Shown here: positions 62,345 to 64,000 of the stretch, piece by piece
Layout: each line of letters starts with the position of its first letter
How positions within the stretch are numbered: the stretch's first letter is position 1
NCBI GenBank assembly: GCA_965215005.1
Contig: CBDCCZ010000018.1
Location: 256,001-320,000 of the forward strand
Direction of reading: 5' to 3'
Source: Kofleriaceae bacterium
Lineage (GTDB): Bacteria; Myxococcota_A; Polyangia; Haliangiales; Haliangiaceae
Length of the DNA: 64,000 nucleotides
Position numbers and translations under genes: made by a program
The notes under the pieces: model-generated
Seen by the model: the letters and a program-made list of their open reading frames with translations, nothing else
The model's database searches: none
What the model was told of the DNA's origin: nothing

Positions 62345-62366
62345 CTCTCCCCCCTACGGGGGAGAG
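62345..62366. repeat. REP-like palindrome / terminator hairpin downstream of ilvA
   Basis: CTCTCCCCC-CTAC-GGGGGAGAG. Confidence 0.55.
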
Positions 62367-62395
62367 AGACCATGGCGAGAGCGGCCGAGCTGCGG

Positions 62396-63610
62396 TCAAC
62401 CCAGACAGCGACGATGCTGATAGCCATGCTTGCGAAGCGCGGTGAGGAGCTCGGCGACATGCGCGGTGCCCCGGGTTTCCAGCGTAGCCGTCGCCACGGT
62501 CTCGCTGAGCTCGACGCCGGCGAACGCGCGAGCGTGGGCAATATCGAGCACGTTGGCGCCGAGGTTGGCGAACACGCCGATGAGCTCGTGCAACGCGCCG
62601 GGGCTGTCGCTGAGGCGAACCTCTAGCTTGACCAAGCGGCCGTCTTTGGCCAAGCCGCGATCGATGATGCGCGAGAGCAGATTGACGTCGATGTTGCCGC
62701 CGCACACCAAAAGCGCAACGCGCTTGCCGAGCGCGATGCCGGCCTTTTGATTGATCGCGGCCGCCAACGGCACTGCGCCCGCGCCTTCGGCAACAGTTTT
62801 CTCGCGCTCTAGCAACAGCAAGATCGCATTGGCGATCTCTTCTTCGCTCACGCAGGCAATGTCGTCAACGTACCGTTCGATCATCGGCAGCGTGCGCTCG
62901 CCGATGCGACGGACCGCGATGCCGTCGGCGAGAGTGGCTGCCGCTGGCACCGTTACGGGCGCGCCGTTCTCGAGCGCTCGCCGCGCCGACTGGACCCGCT
63001 CCGTCTGCACTCCGATGATGCGCACCGACGGCTTGCTCTCCTTAAGCGCGCAGGCGATTCCGCTGATGAGACCGCCGCCGCCGATCGGCGCGATGACCGC
63101 CTCGAGATCCGGCTGCTGCTCGAGTAGCTCGAGACCGATGGTCCCCTGCCCTGCGATCACCAGATCATCGTCGAACGCGTGCACGAAGACGTGATTGCGT
63201 TCTTCGGCGAGCCGCGTCGCTTCGGCGCAGGCATCGTCATAACCCGCGCCGTGGAGGATCACCTGGGCGCCGAACTCGCGGGTGGCGACCACTTTGATGA
63301 GTGGCGTGCGCTCGGGCATGACGATGGTCGCGGCGATACCCAATCGACTCGCGTGATAGGCAACGCCCTGGGCGTGGTTCCCGGCGGATGCGGCGATGAC
63401 GCCACGCTGCCGCTCGTCCTCGGGCATTAGTAGCAAGCGGTTGAGCGCGCCGCGTTCTTTGAACGAACCGGTCATCTGCAGGTTTTCGAGCTTGAAGTAG
63501 ACCTGCATGCCGGTGAGCTTGGAAAACGTCTCCGAGAACGCGCACGGCGACAAGAACACCGAGTCGCCGAGCCTCTCGCGCGCGTCTTTGATATCGCGAT
63601 AGCCAATCAT
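62396..63610 (-). CDS. ilvA: Threonine ammonia-lyase with C-terminal ACT domain
   Basis: KLENLQMTGSFKERG, SAGNHAQG, GQGTIG, PIGGGGL, EGAGA, GGNID and DSPG.L motifs. Confidence 0.95.
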   Translation of the reverse strand: MIGYRDIKDARERLGDSVFLSPCAFSETFSKLTGMQVYFKLENLQMTGSFKERGALNRLLLMPEDERQRGVIAASAGNHAQGVAYHASRLGIAATIVMPERTPLIKVVATREFGAQVILHGAGYDDACAEATRLAEERNHVFVHAFDDDLVIAGQGTIGLELLEQQPDLEAVIAPIGGGGLISGIACALKESKPSVRIIGVQTERVQSARRALENGAPVTVPAAATLADGIAVRRIGERTLPMIERYVDDIACVSEEEIANAILLLLEREKTVAEGAGAVPLAAAINQKAGIALGKRVALLVCGGNIDVNLLSRIIDRGLAKDGRLVKLEVRLSDSPGALHELIGVFANLGANVLDIAHARAFAGVELSETVATATLETRGTAHVAELLTALRKHGYQHRRCLG

Positions 63611-64000
63611 GGCTCGTCTCCCTGCTCCGGGTCTGCGGGTGCCTCGGTGCTCTGAGGTGTTGGGCGCCCCGCCGGGGACGATCCGCTGGCGCCGCGTCCG
63701 GGGACGCGAGATTTCGCCGGCAGGCTCGGCGCCGGCGCCGCTTCGGTATCGGGCAGGAGCGGTGGCGCGGTTTGCGCATCCCGCTCGACCGCGGGCGGCG
63801 GAGCGGGTCGCACCTCCGTCGCTCGCGGCTTGCGGCGTACGCTCATCTCGGTGGGCACGAGCGGCACGACGACCGGTGGCTTTCCGGCCGCCCGATGCCT
63901 CCACAGGCCACCCACTTGCAGATCGCCGTCGCGAGACTCGAGCTCGATGAGAAAGTCGATGCCGTCGAGCTTGGCGCCGCTCCAAGCGGCATTGGCTGCG
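63607..64000 (-). CDS. Hypothetical protein, C-terminal part (5' end outside window)
   Basis: The frame is open to the window edge (…WSGAKLDGIDFLIELESRDGDLQVGGLWRHR + Pro-rich tail). Its stop overlaps the ilvA ATG. Confidence 0.6.
   Translation of the reverse strand, partial: AANAAWSGAKLDGIDFLIELESRDGDLQVGGLWRHRAAGKPPVVVPLVPTEMSVRRKPRATEVRPAPPPAVERDAQTAPPLLPDTEAAPAPSLPAKSRVPGRGASGSSPAGRPTPQSTEAPADPEQGDEP

Overview
High-GC bacterial DNA. The gene content (SofG/MglA GTPase, AgmX/GltJ-like protein, DUF1552/DUF1592 pair, HDOD proteins) points by inference to Myxococcota. I found no rRNA, tRNA, CRISPR array or intact transposase. The left part holds a caleosin-like CDS end, cydAB, two tandem HDOD proteins, aspartokinase, a CHAD protein, a class II photolyase, an SNF2 helicase, a LysR/di-heme cytochrome pair, PhoD, MepA, a radical SAM/UdgX repair operon with an SOS-like box, a sulfatase and GlnRS-YqeY. 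A ~2.7 kb insertion bounded by 12-bp direct repeats carries an IS4 remnant and a prolyl oligopeptidase. A ~20 kb minus-strand run follows: hemW-hrcA-grpE-dnaK-dnaJ-LpoA-like-S2P-Zn finger-SofG-like-HK-CNNM-CNNM-larB-larC-HATPase-less kinase-HK. After it come iscS-thiI, a serine hydrolase, a frameshifted AgmX/GltJ-like gene, DUF1552/DUF1592 and ilvA. The most unusual signals are: local strand-composition switches near duplications and insertions; gene-junction duplications that resolve overlapping genes; a perfect His-repeat VNTR in larC; a rod-like structured element before glnS; an RBS-sequestering hairpin at dnaK; and a bacterial caleosin/peroxygenase homolog. All family calls come from motif recognition by eye, not from database searches.
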